A stretch of 64,000 bases of DNA, taken from NCBI GenBank assembly GCA_963813815.1, contig CAWFAD010000009.1, positions 6,851-70,850 on the forward strand, read 5' to 3'. Positions 27,283-36,828 of this stretch are shown here, piece after piece. The notes under the pieces were generated by a model that was not told where the DNA came from, ran no database searches, and worked only from the letters and a program-made list of their open reading frames with translations. Within the stretch, counting starts at the first letter, position 1. The number at the start of each line of letters is the position of its first letter. The stretch comes from an uncultured bacterium. Lineage in GTDB: Bacteria; Krumholzibacteriota; Krumholzibacteriia; Krumholzibacteriales; Krumholzibacteriaceae. Position numbers and translations under genes: made by a program.

Positions 27283-27326
27283 GGCAGGGATCTCCCGCTT
27301 TTGGCGGCAGGGATTTCCCGCTTTTG
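27283..27326 (+). repeat. Tandem direct repeat (2 x ~22 bp) GGCAGGGATYTCCCGCTTTTG, each unit with an internal GGGA-N2-TCCC dyad and T-run (terminator-like)
   Basis: Visible in sequence ~100 nt downstream of the GAF gene 2 stop. Confidence 0.5.
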
Positions 27327-27452
27327 ACGGCCGCCCGATTTTTCCCCGCAGCGCCGCGCATTCTCCGTTGACAGCTCGATCGGTTTACCTTTCAATGAAG
27401 GCGGGGCAATGGATCATCCCATTCGGCGCGGCCCGCAGGCCGCGAAGGGACC

Positions 27453-28262
27453 GTGCGGATCTTCGATTTCGAAAGAATCGCGCGAAGCGACCGCACCGCG
27501 GAGCGGTATCTCCTCGACTCAATCGTCAAGACGGGCCCCATCGCCTGTCCCCAATGCCGGGCGGAGAAGCTGTACGCCATCGAGGGCGGAGCGCGCCGCA
27601 GATGCGTCCGTTGCGGACACTCGTTTCATCCATGGAACGGCCGCTGGATCGGCGAGGTGAAGATCTCCGCGAAAAAATGGCTCTGGATAGTGAAGTTCTT
27701 CGAGCTCGAGATGCCCGCATCGAAAATCAGCGCTGAAACCGGCGTCAGCTATCCCACCTGCCTCAAGGCTCTCAACGTCGTCAGACGATCTCTCGCCGCT
27801 CCCGCCGCGGACGAGGTGCTCGACCGCTCTCCGGCGGCCGGAACCGAGCCGGTCATCGGCACGCTCGAGACCCGCGACGGCGGCGCCGAGATTTATGGAG
27901 CCGTTTCGCCGGAGGCCATCCGGTGCATTCTGCGGATGGCCGGCGGCTACCTCGTCGCGGTCGATCGCTCGCTCGCCTACGCGAGCATGCACTACCGCGG
28001 GCAGGAGCTCGCGATCGTCGACAAGGGCGATAGATTCCCGTTCTGGCGCGTGTACTGCTCGGGCAAGCCGGGCGTCTGGCATGCCGCGAAGACCGGCCTC
28101 GTCCGGCACCACGGCGTCTCCGGCGCGAAGCTTCCGCTCTACATCCGGGAGATGGAGTTCCGGTACCTCAACCGCCACCGAGACCTCTTTGACCTCATCG
28201 TGGAGCGGATCTGCGGCCCCGCGGCGCCGGCGGACCGGAGTTTGGCTTTGATTTCGGTCTGA
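27453..28262 (+). CDS. IS1595-family (ISXO2-like) transposase-like protein, probably degenerate/truncated (GTG start)
   Basis: N-terminal transposase zinc-ribbon CPQCRAEKLYAIEGGARRRCVRCGH followed by HTH-like KKWLWIVKFFELEMPASKISAETGVSYPTCLKAL; DDE region weak (IGTLETRDGG instead of VEIDETYIGG); 269 aa. Confidence 0.5.
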   Translation: MRIFDFERIARSDRTAERYLLDSIVKTGPIACPQCRAEKLYAIEGGARRRCVRCGHSFHPWNGRWIGEVKISAKKWLWIVKFFELEMPASKISAETGVSYPTCLKALNVVRRSLAAPAADEVLDRSPAAGTEPVIGTLETRDGGAEIYGAVSPEAIRCILRMAGGYLVAVDRSLAYASMHYRGQELAIVDKGDRFPFWRVYCSGKPGVWHAAKTGLVRHHGVSGAKLPLYIREMEFRYLNRHRDLFDLIVERICGPAAPADRSLALISV

Positions 28263-28286
28263 GGCTCTGCTACGTTCGCGGCGGCG

Positions 28287-29264
28287 ATGAGATTCAAGAA
28301 ACCCTTCATAGTCCTGAACGCGGCGGCGGGCAGGGGCTCGTCCGGCGAGGCCCGGGCCGCCCTCGTCCGGCATTTCGCCGCGGCGGGCGGCGATGCGCCA
28401 ATCCACGAAGCCGCCCATGGCGAGCGGATCGACGAAACCGTCCGCGCGGCCGTCGCGGGCGGATGCGACGTCGTCGTCGCGGCGGGGGGCGACGGAACCG
28501 TCTCGGCCGCCATGACGGGAGTGGCCGGAACCGCGATCCCGCTCGGGATCGTCCCCACCGGGACCACGAACCTCATCGCCCGCGAGCTCGGCATTCCCCT
28601 CGATCCGGCGGCCGCCGCCGCGCTCGCCGCGAGCGGCGACGCGACGCGGAGCATCGACGGCATGGCGATCGCGGGCCGCCACTATTTCCTGCAGGTGGGG
28701 GTGGGACTCACGGCGCTCGCCGTCGACGGAGCGACGCGCGAGCTCAAGAGCCGCTTCGGCGTCCTCGCCTACGTCGGGACGGCCGCGCGGCGCCTCGTCG
28801 GGCTTCGCCCGAGCCGCCTCGAGATCGAGGTGGACGGAGAAACGCATCGCGTTCACTCGATCGAAGCGACCGTCGCCAACAACGGCATCCTCGCGAGGGC
28901 GTTCTTCCGCAAGGGCCCCGACGTCCGCATGGACGACGGACGGCTCGACGTGTGCGTGCTCGTCACGAGGACGCTGCTCGACTACCCGCGGCTCGCCTTC
29001 GACCTCGTCACCGGCCGCCACGGCGCGCCGGGCGTTCTCTTCCTCGCCGCCGGGCGCAGCGTCGCGATACGGAGCCGGACGCCGCTCGTCGTCCAGGCGG
29101 ACGGCGACCTCATCGGCACGACGCCGGTCGAGATCGAGGTCGTTCCCCGCGCCGTCACGGTCATCGCTCCGGAGGCGCTCGAGAGGGCCGCCGAGCGGCC
29201 TCTCGCCCGCTCTCTCATTCTCGATCCGTACCTCGCCGATCTCAGGAAGCAATGGAGCACCTGA
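28287..29264 (+). CDS. YegS/BmrU-like lipid kinase (diacylglycerol kinase catalytic domain family)
   Basis: DAGK_cat motifs VVVAAGGDGTVS and PLGIVPTGTTN. Confidence 0.8.
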   Translation: MRFKKPFIVLNAAAGRGSSGEARAALVRHFAAAGGDAPIHEAAHGERIDETVRAAVAGGCDVVVAAGGDGTVSAAMTGVAGTAIPLGIVPTGTTNLIARELGIPLDPAAAAALAASGDATRSIDGMAIAGRHYFLQVGVGLTALAVDGATRELKSRFGVLAYVGTAARRLVGLRPSRLEIEVDGETHRVHSIEATVANNGILARAFFRKGPDVRMDDGRLDVCVLVTRTLLDYPRLAFDLVTGRHGAPGVLFLAAGRSVAIRSRTPLVVQADGDLIGTTPVEIEVVPRAVTVIAPEALERAAERPLARSLILDPYLADLRKQWST

Positions 29265-29397
29265 CCGGGGGCGAACCTCCCGGAACGCACTGGCGGGTGG
29301 CGCTCTCCCGGCCGGTGTGCTATCTTTCTTGCCGCCCGATCCGCGCGGCGCGCGCCGCGCGGGAAAACCCACCGGCACGACGAGAAAGAGAGAGGTC

Positions 29398-30381
29398 ATG
29401 GCTGATCTATCGACGAAATACCTGGGGCTCCGGCTCGCCAACCCCTTCATCGTCGCGAGCTGCGGCCACACGAAGACCGTCGAGGGCGTCCAGAAGTGTG
29501 CCGAGGGCGGCGCCGGCGCCGTCGTCCTCAAGTCCCTCTTCGAGGAGCAGATCCTCGCCGACATGCGCCAGAGCGAAATCCAGAAGGAGCAGCTCTGGCA
29601 TCCCGAGGCGCTCGATTACGTGCAGCGGATGGGGCTCGAGCTCGGTCCCGCCGAATACCTTCGGCTCGTGCGGGGCGCCAAGAAGGCCGTATCGATCCCC
29701 GTCATCGCGAGCCTCCACTGCGTGACGCCGAATCTCTGGATCGACTACGCGCGCAAGATCGCCGACGCCGGGGCCGACGCGATCGAGCTCAACATCTCCC
29801 TCATGCCGAGCGACCCGAAGCGGACCCCCGCCGACATCGAGAAACGGCACCTCGACATCGTCGAGGGGGCCGTTCGCGCGGTCGGGATTCCCGTGGCCGT
29901 GAAGATCGGCCCGAGCTTCACGTCGATCGCGTACATGGCGAACGAGATCTGGAAGCGCGGAGCCTCCTCTCTCGTGCTCTTCAACCGCTTCTACCAGTTC
30001 GACGTCGATCTCGAGAAGCTCGAGCTGCGGGGCGCCTACCGCCTCAGCACGCCGTTCGAGATCGCCCTGCCGCTGCGATGGATCGCGCTCCTCTCGGGCA
30101 GGGTGCAATGCGACCTCTCCGCCTCGACCGGCGTCCATGACGCCTCCGGGGCGATCAAGATGCTGCTCGCGGGAGCGACCACCGTTCAGCTCTGCTCGAC
30201 CCTCTACCTCAAGGGCCTCGGACAGATCGCCGTCATCCGGGACGGAGTCTCTATGTGGATGGACGCCCACGGCATGAAATCGCTCGACGGCATGCGGGGG
30301 AGCATGAGCCAGATGCGGAGCGGCGCCCCGGAGCTCTACGAACGCCTCCAGTACATCAAGGCGCTCGTCGGAATCGACTAG
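29398..30381 (+). CDS. Dihydroorotate dehydrogenase-like (class 1 DHOD / dihydropyrimidine dehydrogenase PreA-like) TIM-barrel flavoprotein
   Basis: GLRLANPFIVASCGHT, IPVIASL, ELNISLM, VAVKIGPSF; RBS GAGAGAGG. Confidence 0.65.
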   Translation: MADLSTKYLGLRLANPFIVASCGHTKTVEGVQKCAEGGAGAVVLKSLFEEQILADMRQSEIQKEQLWHPEALDYVQRMGLELGPAEYLRLVRGAKKAVSIPVIASLHCVTPNLWIDYARKIADAGADAIELNISLMPSDPKRTPADIEKRHLDIVEGAVRAVGIPVAVKIGPSFTSIAYMANEIWKRGASSLVLFNRFYQFDVDLEKLELRGAYRLSTPFEIALPLRWIALLSGRVQCDLSASTGVHDASGAIKMLLAGATTVQLCSTLYLKGLGQIAVIRDGVSMWMDAHGMKSLDGMRGSMSQMRSGAPELYERLQYIKALVGID

Positions 30382-30417
30382 AGGACCGGACACCCGAACC
30401 GAGGAGGATCGCGGATC

Positions 30418-32517
30418 ATGAAATGCCTGTCCGTGCTCGCCCTGTTGCTCTGTCTCGCGGTTTCGGCCGCGCGGACGGAAACGAACCCCCTGATCGAGGA
30501 ATGGAAGACCCCCTTCGGCGCGCCGCCCTTCGATCGAATCCAGAACGCGCACTACGCGCCGGCCGTCCGAGAGGCGATGCGCCGGCAGCGGGAGGCGATC
30601 GCCGTCATCGCGGCCGATCCGGCGGCGCCGACCTTCGTCAATACGATCGCGGCTCTCGAGCGGAGCGGCGAGCTCCTCGCCCGAGTCGGCAACGTCTTCC
30701 GTTCGATGATCTCGGCGAACACGAGCGACGAGATACAAGGGATCGCGCGCGAGCTCGCCCCCGAGCAATCCGCGCACGCTGACGCGATCCTCTTCGATGC
30801 GGGGCTCTTCGCGAGGATCAAGGTCGTCTACGACTCGCGGGACGGGCTCTCCCTCTCGCCCGAAGAGCGGCGACTCCTCGACCTGACGTACCGCACGTTC
30901 GTCCGGGGCGGCGCCCTTCTCGACGAAACGAAGAAAAAACGGCTCGCCGGGATCAACGAGGAGCTCTCGCTCCTCGGCCTCCGCTTCGCGGAGAACCTGC
31001 TCGAGGAAACGAACAAGTTCGAGCTCGTCATCGATTCGAAGAGCGATCTCGCGGGCCTTCCCCCCTCCGCGGTGGAGGCGGCGGCGGAGGCGGCCGCGCG
31101 GCGCGGCCGCCCCGGGGCGTGGATCTTCACCCTCCACAAGCCGAGCCTCGTGCCCTTCCTCCAGTACGCCGAGCGGCGCGATCTGCGGGAGAGGATATTC
31201 AAGGGATACGTCGGGCGGGGCGACAACGGCGGCGAGCTCGACAACAACGCCCTGTGCTCCCGCATCGCCGCGCTGCGGGCCGAGCGCGCGAAGCTGCTGG
31301 GGTACGAGACGCACGCGCATTACGTACTCGAGGAGAACATGGCGAAGGAGCCGAAGCGCGTGTACGAGTTCCTCGACCAGCTCTGGACCCCCGCCCTCGC
31401 CCGCGCGAAGGACGAAACGAGAGCGCTCCAGGCCATCATCGACAAGGAAGGGGGCGCGTTCAAGCTCGAGCCGTGGGACTGGTGGTACTACGCCGAGAAG
31501 CTCCGCAAGGCCGAGTACGAGCTCGACGACGAGATGCTCCGCCCGTACTTTCAGCTCGAGAACGTCATCGCGGGCGCCTTCGGCGTCGCGACGAAGCTCT
31601 GGGGAATCACCCTGAGCGAGCTCTCCGGCATGCCCGTCTACAACGACGAGGTCCGGGTCTACGAGGTCAAGGAAGCGGACGGAAGCCATATCGGAGTCCT
31701 CTACACCGATTACTTCCCTCGCGAGAACAAGCGGGGCGGGGCCTGGTGCGGCGAGTTCCGCGGCGGGTCCGCGATGGACGGCGTCCCCGTGACCCCGATC
31801 ATCACGAACTGCGGGAACTTCACCCGCCCGTCGGGAGAAACCCCCTCGCTCCTCAACTTCGACGAGGTCACGACGCTCTTCCACGAGTTCGGCCACGCCC
31901 TGCACGGGCTCTTGACCGAATGCGTCTATCCGACCCTCGCGGGAACGGCGGTCGCGACTGATTTCGTCGAGCTTCCCTCGCAGATCATGGAGAACTGGGC
32001 GCTCCAACCCGAGGTGCTGCGCTCGTACGCCCGGCACTACGAAACGGGCGAGACGATCCCGCCGGCGCTCGTCGACAGGATCAAGAAATCGGGCTTCTTC
32101 AATCAGGGATTCGCCACGGTCGAGTACCTCGCGGCGTCCTACCTCGACATGGACTGGCACACGCTCGGCGAGCCGAAGGAGCGCGACGCGGCGGCGTTCG
32201 AAGCGGCCTCGCTCGGACGGATCGGCCTCATCCCCGAGATCGTGACGCGGTACCGGAGCCCCTATTTCAACCACGTTTTCGGCGGGGGCGGGGGATACGC
32301 GGCGGGCTACTACAGCTACATCTGGGCCGAAGTCCTCGACGCCGACGCCTTTCAGGCGTTCGAGGAGACGAGCCTCTTCGACCGCGCCGCCGCGGAGTCG
32401 TTCCGGAAGAACATTCTCGCGATGGGCGGGGCGGCCGATCCGATGGAGCTCTACAAGCGATTCCGCGGCCGCGAGCCGAGGATCGAGCCGATTCTCGAGC
32501 GGCGGGGCCTGAAATAG
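30418..32517 (+). CDS. M3-family zinc metallopeptidase (peptidyl-dipeptidase Dcp / oligopeptidase A-like), secreted
   Basis: Signal peptide MKCLSVLALLLCLAVSAA; HEFGHALHG zinc motif; 699 aa. Confidence 0.85.
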   Translation: MKCLSVLALLLCLAVSAARTETNPLIEEWKTPFGAPPFDRIQNAHYAPAVREAMRRQREAIAVIAADPAAPTFVNTIAALERSGELLARVGNVFRSMISANTSDEIQGIARELAPEQSAHADAILFDAGLFARIKVVYDSRDGLSLSPEERRLLDLTYRTFVRGGALLDETKKKRLAGINEELSLLGLRFAENLLEETNKFELVIDSKSDLAGLPPSAVEAAAEAAARRGRPGAWIFTLHKPSLVPFLQYAERRDLRERIFKGYVGRGDNGGELDNNALCSRIAALRAERAKLLGYETHAHYVLEENMAKEPKRVYEFLDQLWTPALARAKDETRALQAIIDKEGGAFKLEPWDWWYYAEKLRKAEYELDDEMLRPYFQLENVIAGAFGVATKLWGITLSELSGMPVYNDEVRVYEVKEADGSHIGVLYTDYFPRENKRGGAWCGEFRGGSAMDGVPVTPIITNCGNFTRPSGETPSLLNFDEVTTLFHEFGHALHGLLTECVYPTLAGTAVATDFVELPSQIMENWALQPEVLRSYARHYETGETIPPALVDRIKKSGFFNQGFATVEYLAASYLDMDWHTLGEPKERDAAAFEAASLGRIGLIPEIVTRYRSPYFNHVFGGGGGYAAGYYSYIWAEVLDADAFQAFEETSLFDRAAAESFRKNILAMGGAADPMELYKRFRGREPRIEPILERRGLK

Positions 32518-32552
32518 GGAGCGGCCGGCGGCCCGAGCCCGGAGGAAACGCG

Positions 32553-33239
32553 ATGATATCGTGGATACCGTTCGGCTGTTTGCCGTTCGTCGTTCTCATC
32601 GGTCTCGTCGTTCTCTTTCCGATCATGCTCGCCGATCTCATGGCGACCGCTCTCGGAAAGCTCGGGCTCGGCGCCGCCCAATCGCTCCTCGTCATGCTGG
32701 CGATGCTCGCCGGCGGGCTCGTGAACATTCCCGTGCGGAAGATTCCGCGCGTGCTCTCGGTCGACGCCAAACCGCCCGGGCTCTACGGGTTCGAGCGTCT
32801 CTTTCCGGGCCTTTTCCGCGAGAGCCCCTACACGGTCATCGCGGTGAACGTCGGCGGCTGCGTCATCCCCTGCGCGATCGTGGCGTACGAGCTCGTCCGC
32901 ATCGCCTCGCGAGGTCCGGCCGCGCTCTGGCTCACGCTGCTCGCGGTCCTCATCAACGCGGCCGTCTGTTTCCGGCTCGCCCGCCCCGTGCCGAACGTCG
33001 GCATAGCTCTTCCCGCGATCATTCCGGCGCTCGTGTCGGCGGCGAGCGCGTACCTCCTCGTGCGGGATTTCGCCCCTCCCGTCGCGTTCACGGCGGGGGT
33101 GCTCGGGACGCTCATCGGCGCCGACATCCTGCATCTGCGCTCCATCGGCAGGATCAGCACGGGAATGGCGAGCATCGGGGGCGCCGGCACCTTCGACGGC
33201 ATCGTGCTCTCGGGGCTCGCCGCCACGCTCCTCTCCTGA
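32553..33239 (+). CDS. DUF1614 family integral membrane protein
   Basis: Multi-TM; conserved GGCVIPCAI segment. Confidence 0.55.
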   Translation: MISWIPFGCLPFVVLIGLVVLFPIMLADLMATALGKLGLGAAQSLLVMLAMLAGGLVNIPVRKIPRVLSVDAKPPGLYGFERLFPGLFRESPYTVIAVNVGGCVIPCAIVAYELVRIASRGPAALWLTLLAVLINAAVCFRLARPVPNVGIALPAIIPALVSAASAYLLVRDFAPPVAFTAGVLGTLIGADILHLRSIGRISTGMASIGGAGTFDGIVLSGLAATLLS

Positions 33240-33249
33240 AAAAAAAGAC

Positions 33250-33292
33250 CCGGCTGCCGGATCCGCCGCGGATTCGACAGCCGGGGTCTCCT
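33250..33292 (-). terminator. Terminator hairpin with T8 on the minus strand, downstream of the 33319-35568 gene
   Basis: AAAAAAAA-GACCCGGCTG...CAGCCGGGGTC on the plus strand. Confidence 0.5.
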
Positions 33293-33318
33293 GGGAGCCG
33301 AGTCGTCCGGGATTCGCT

Positions 33319-35568
33319 CTACCGGACGAGCGTGATCTTTTGCGTCAGCGCGAAATCCCCCGCCTCGAGGCGGCAGAAGTATAGACCGCTCGCGAGCCCG
33401 GTCGCCGTCCAGCGCACGACGTGTTCGCCCGCGGGCCGTATCTCGTCGACGAGCACCGCCACGAGCCGCCCCGAAACGTCGAAGACGGAGATGCGGACTC
33501 TCCCGCTCTCGGGCAGCCAGTACGACACGCTCGTCGAAGGATTGAACGGGTTCGGCGACGCCGCGTTGAGACGGGGCTTGCGATCGCGATACCGGTCCTC
33601 CCTGTCGGGATTCCCGACGAAGACGACGCAGTCCCCGGCCTCGAACGCCGTGCCGTCGGCGAGCGAGCCGGTGAGCGTCAGCGCGCGCGTTTCGCCCCGA
33701 ACGAGCGGTCCCGCCGCGGCGAGCGCGAGGGCGATCTCCTGATTGCTGAACTTGAGCGAGAGATCGAGGTAGCCGTCGCCGCCGTCGGTCGTGCACGCGC
33801 ACGGGGAGGCATCCGCGACCGGCCGCGAGACGTCCTCGTACTGCGCTTCCTTGTCGAGGGGCGCCACCCCCTCGAGACGCACCGTGGCGATATCGATGTC
33901 GCCCGCGTCGAAGCCCTCGCCCCCGAGTATCGCCACCGGCAGCACGCCGCCCTTCTTCGGGTTGTCGCCGGCCGCGAAATCGAGCGCGATCATGTTGAAT
34001 GGATTGGGACAGGAGCCCGGACGGATGTCCATCCCGGCTTCGATGACGAGCGGCTCCCCGAGCGCCCAATGAACCTGCGTCTCGTCGCCGCCGACGCCGG
34101 TCCTGAAGAGGAGGCTGTCGGCTGCGTCGTAGAGGCAGGTCGCGAGATACGTCTCTTCCCTCTCGCAATCGGCGTTGACCCACGCGATCGCGCCCGCGGG
34201 GACGTCGATGGGAGTCGCGAGCTCCGGCCGGCATTTGTCCACGACGACGCCCGCCGCGGGGCCGTACACGGGCGACTCTCTCCCGTCGATCCCGGTCATG
34301 GCGTTTCGATCGACGTCGTACCACGTTCCGTCGTAGAGACGCTGCGCGCTCGCGGCGTTCTCGAGCATTCCCGCGAGGCCGGCTCCGGCGACGAATCCGA
34401 AGCTCAGCTCGATCGACTCTCCGGGCCGGAGCCTCGGGAAGGGTCCCACGCTCATGAGCCCGCGGTAATCCCCCGGAGCGAGGAGGTTCCTGTCGATGCG
34501 CCCCGACGCCAGCACCTCGTAGCGCTGAAAATCGTTCGCGGGGTCCCCGCCGTTTTCGTACGGCTGAGTGCCGCTCATGACGCGGTAGGTTCGAACCTTC
34601 ACCTGGGCGGGAGCCGAGATCCCGAGCGGATCGACGGTATGCCCGAGAAGCATGCAACCGAGATACCCCGGCGTCTTGCCGGCGTCTCCATCGGCGTCGT
34701 AACCGTACATGACGTTGAGCGACGCGGGGCCGATATCGGTGCACTTCGGCCCGAACCAGGAGCTGATGAGGTCATCCGTCCAGTAGTCGGCGGTGGTTCG
34801 CGCTCCCGCGTCGAAATCCGCGAAGAGCCCGAGGTACATCTGCTCGATCGCCACATCCCCCCTGTTGGTGATTTTCAGGGTGACCCCGACGAAATCGTCG
34901 AAGCGCGGATCGTCCCACTGGTAGCTCTCCTGCTCCACGACGATGCCGAGCGGTCTGTGCTGGGGATACAGCTGCGCGGACGCCGGCTCGTAATCGTTGT
35001 ACCAGCTCGTGAACATCTGCTTCGAGATCGCGGCGAAATCCTCGTCGACGAAGCCGTCGCCGTCGTTGTCGCGCCCGTCGAGGCGATCCTCGTCGATCGA
35101 TCCGTCGCGGTCGTCGTCCGCGCCGGGAAACGGAAAGCGGGCGCCGCCCGGGGCGCCGGCATACGTCCGATAGATGATGTCGATCGGATCGGCGGTCGGT
35201 CTGAGCTCCATCTCGAACAGGGAAGTCGATACGGATGGAACCCCGCCCACGATCCCTCCGATCCAGACACCGGCCGCGTAGAGATACTCGACGCCGCTCC
35301 CCGCCGGCCACTCGGCCGATGGAGCGAACGAAAATGGAAACGTCGCCGACGGCATCGAACCGAAGAGGCCCCAGTTGCTCATGTGCATCCGGAGCATCCC
35401 GGCGTCGTGAACGAAGCTCCCGTCGAGAACGAGCGCGCGAGCCGGATCGGCGAGGTCCTTGTCCGCGGGCTCGACGGCCGCCTCCCGCGCGAGCGCGCGG
35501 TCCGCCGCGACCTGAAGCATGACGATGAAAATGAGCGCGATGCCGAGAATCAGCGTGCGTTTCTTCAT
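33319..35568 (-). CDS. Secreted protein with Asp-rich Ca-binding (thrombospondin-type-3-like) repeats and C-terminal FlgD-Ig / T9SS-type sorting-like domain
   Basis: Signal peptide MKKRTLILGIALIFIVMLQVAA; DDDRDGSIDEDRLDGRDNDGDGFVDED; CTD SPNPFNPSTSVSYWLPESGRVRISVFDVSGRLVAVLVDE...GLYFCRLEAGDFALTQKITLVR. Confidence 0.65.
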   Translation of the reverse strand: MKKRTLILGIALIFIVMLQVAADRALAREAAVEPADKDLADPARALVLDGSFVHDAGMLRMHMSNWGLFGSMPSATFPFSFAPSAEWPAGSGVEYLYAAGVWIGGIVGGVPSVSTSLFEMELRPTADPIDIIYRTYAGAPGGARFPFPGADDDRDGSIDEDRLDGRDNDGDGFVDEDFAAISKQMFTSWYNDYEPASAQLYPQHRPLGIVVEQESYQWDDPRFDDFVGVTLKITNRGDVAIEQMYLGLFADFDAGARTTADYWTDDLISSWFGPKCTDIGPASLNVMYGYDADGDAGKTPGYLGCMLLGHTVDPLGISAPAQVKVRTYRVMSGTQPYENGGDPANDFQRYEVLASGRIDRNLLAPGDYRGLMSVGPFPRLRPGESIELSFGFVAGAGLAGMLENAASAQRLYDGTWYDVDRNAMTGIDGRESPVYGPAAGVVVDKCRPELATPIDVPAGAIAWVNADCEREETYLATCLYDAADSLLFRTGVGGDETQVHWALGEPLVIEAGMDIRPGSCPNPFNMIALDFAAGDNPKKGGVLPVAILGGEGFDAGDIDIATVRLEGVAPLDKEAQYEDVSRPVADASPCACTTDGGDGYLDLSLKFSNQEIALALAAAGPLVRGETRALTLTGSLADGTAFEAGDCVVFVGNPDREDRYRDRKPRLNAASPNPFNPSTSVSYWLPESGRVRISVFDVSGRLVAVLVDEIRPAGEHVVRWTATGLASGLYFCRLEAGDFALTQKITLVR

Positions 35569-35743
35569 ATCGATAGCCCCCCTTTTCCTCCAGACGGATC
35601 GACGGCCTCTATCTCGAATGCGACGAGGCGCCGCATTACATTATAGCAGAAGGGGAGGACGCGGTTTTGTGCGGGGGGGTCTCCTGCCTTCAATATGAAG
35701 ATCGGAAAGGCCTCGCGGCAAGCGATTCCTCGGGCCGCCGCCG

Positions 35744-36796
35744 CTACTTCTCGAAGAGCTTCAGGTACTTTCCGTACCCCTCTTTTTCGAGATCTTCCCG
35801 GGGAATGAACCGGAGCGACGCGGAGTTGACGCAGTAGCGGAGATTCGTCGGCTTCGGCCCGTCCGGGAAAACGTGTCCGAGGTGCGAGTCGCCGGCGGCG
35901 CTCCGCACCTCGACGCGAGCCATGCCGTGGCTTGTGTCCGGCCGCTCGACGACGCTCGCCGGCTCGATCGGCTTCGTGAAGCTCGGCCAGCCCGTGCCGC
36001 TGTCGAACTTGTCGCGCGAGCTGAAGAGCGGCTCTCCCGACACGGCGTCGACGTAGATCCCCTCGCGGTGGTTGTCCCAGTAGGCGTTCGCGAAGGGCGT
36101 CTCGGTGCCGCAGAGCTGCGTCACCCGGTACTGCTCGGTGTCGACGCCGCGCGGCACGGTCGCGCCGTTCTTCCAGGCGTCCTTGATGAACCGGTCGCGC
36201 CCCGAGCCCTCGCGGTAGAGACGGTAGTTGACCGAGCACGTCCGGTGGTAGTCCTGATGGTACTCTTCCGCCTCGAAGAACTCTTCCGCGGGACGGATGG
36301 CGGTCACGATCGGCCGGTCGAAAATTCCCGAGGCCTCGAGGGCGGCTTTCGAGCGCGCGGCGAGACGCTTCTGCTCCTCGTCGTGATAGAAGATGACGCT
36401 TCGATACTGCGGACCGCGGTCGGCGAACTGTCCGAGCGCGTCCGTGGGATCGACGTGCTTCCAGTACACCTCGAGCAGGTCCTCGTAGCTCGCCTTCGAC
36501 GGATCGTAGTGAACCTGCACCGCCTCCACGTGCCCCGTCGTCCCGGCGCACACCTGCTGGTAGGTCGGCCGCGGCACGCTGCCGCCGGTATATCCCGAAA
36601 CAGCCTTGACGACGCCGGGAACCTTGTCGAACTCGGCCTCCGTGCACCAGAAGCAGCCTCCGGCGAACGTGGCGACCTTCTCGGCAATTGCAGCATCGGC
36701 CATATTCGAACGTCCTCCTCCCCATCCCGTCGCCGCGTGGGCGCCGAGGACGGCGAATGCGATCATGAGAGCCCGTCGTATCGAGATTCGCGCCAT
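35744..36796 (-). CDS. msrAB: Secreted bifunctional peptide-methionine sulfoxide reductase MsrA-MsrB fusion
   Basis: Signal peptide; MsrA GCFWC; Msr[24 protein letters not shown]; GGAGG RBS. Confidence 0.85.
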   Translation of the reverse strand: MARISIRRALMIAFAVLGAHAATGWGGGRSNMADAAIAEKVATFAGGCFWCTEAEFDKVPGVVKAVSGYTGGSVPRPTYQQVCAGTTGHVEAVQVHYDPSKASYEDLLEVYWKHVDPTDALGQFADRGPQYRSVIFYHDEEQKRLAARSKAALEASGIFDRPIVTAIRPAEEFFEAEEYHQDYHRTCSVNYRLYREGSGRDRFIKDAWKNGATVPRGVDTEQYRVTQLCGTETPFANAYWDNHREGIYVDAVSGEPLFSSRDKFDSGTGWPSFTKPIEPASVVERPDTSHGMARVEVRSAAGDSHLGHVFPDGPKPTNLRYCVNSASLRFIPREDLEKEGYGKYLKLFEK

Positions 36797-36828
36797 AGCG
36801 TACCTCCCCGCTCCGGCATCCATGGCGG

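Noticed and set aside
27519-32274. 681-aa and 955-aa - strand ORFs
   Set aside because: Antisense to the IS1595-like/lipid-kinase and M3-peptidase genes respectively; no recognisable domains.
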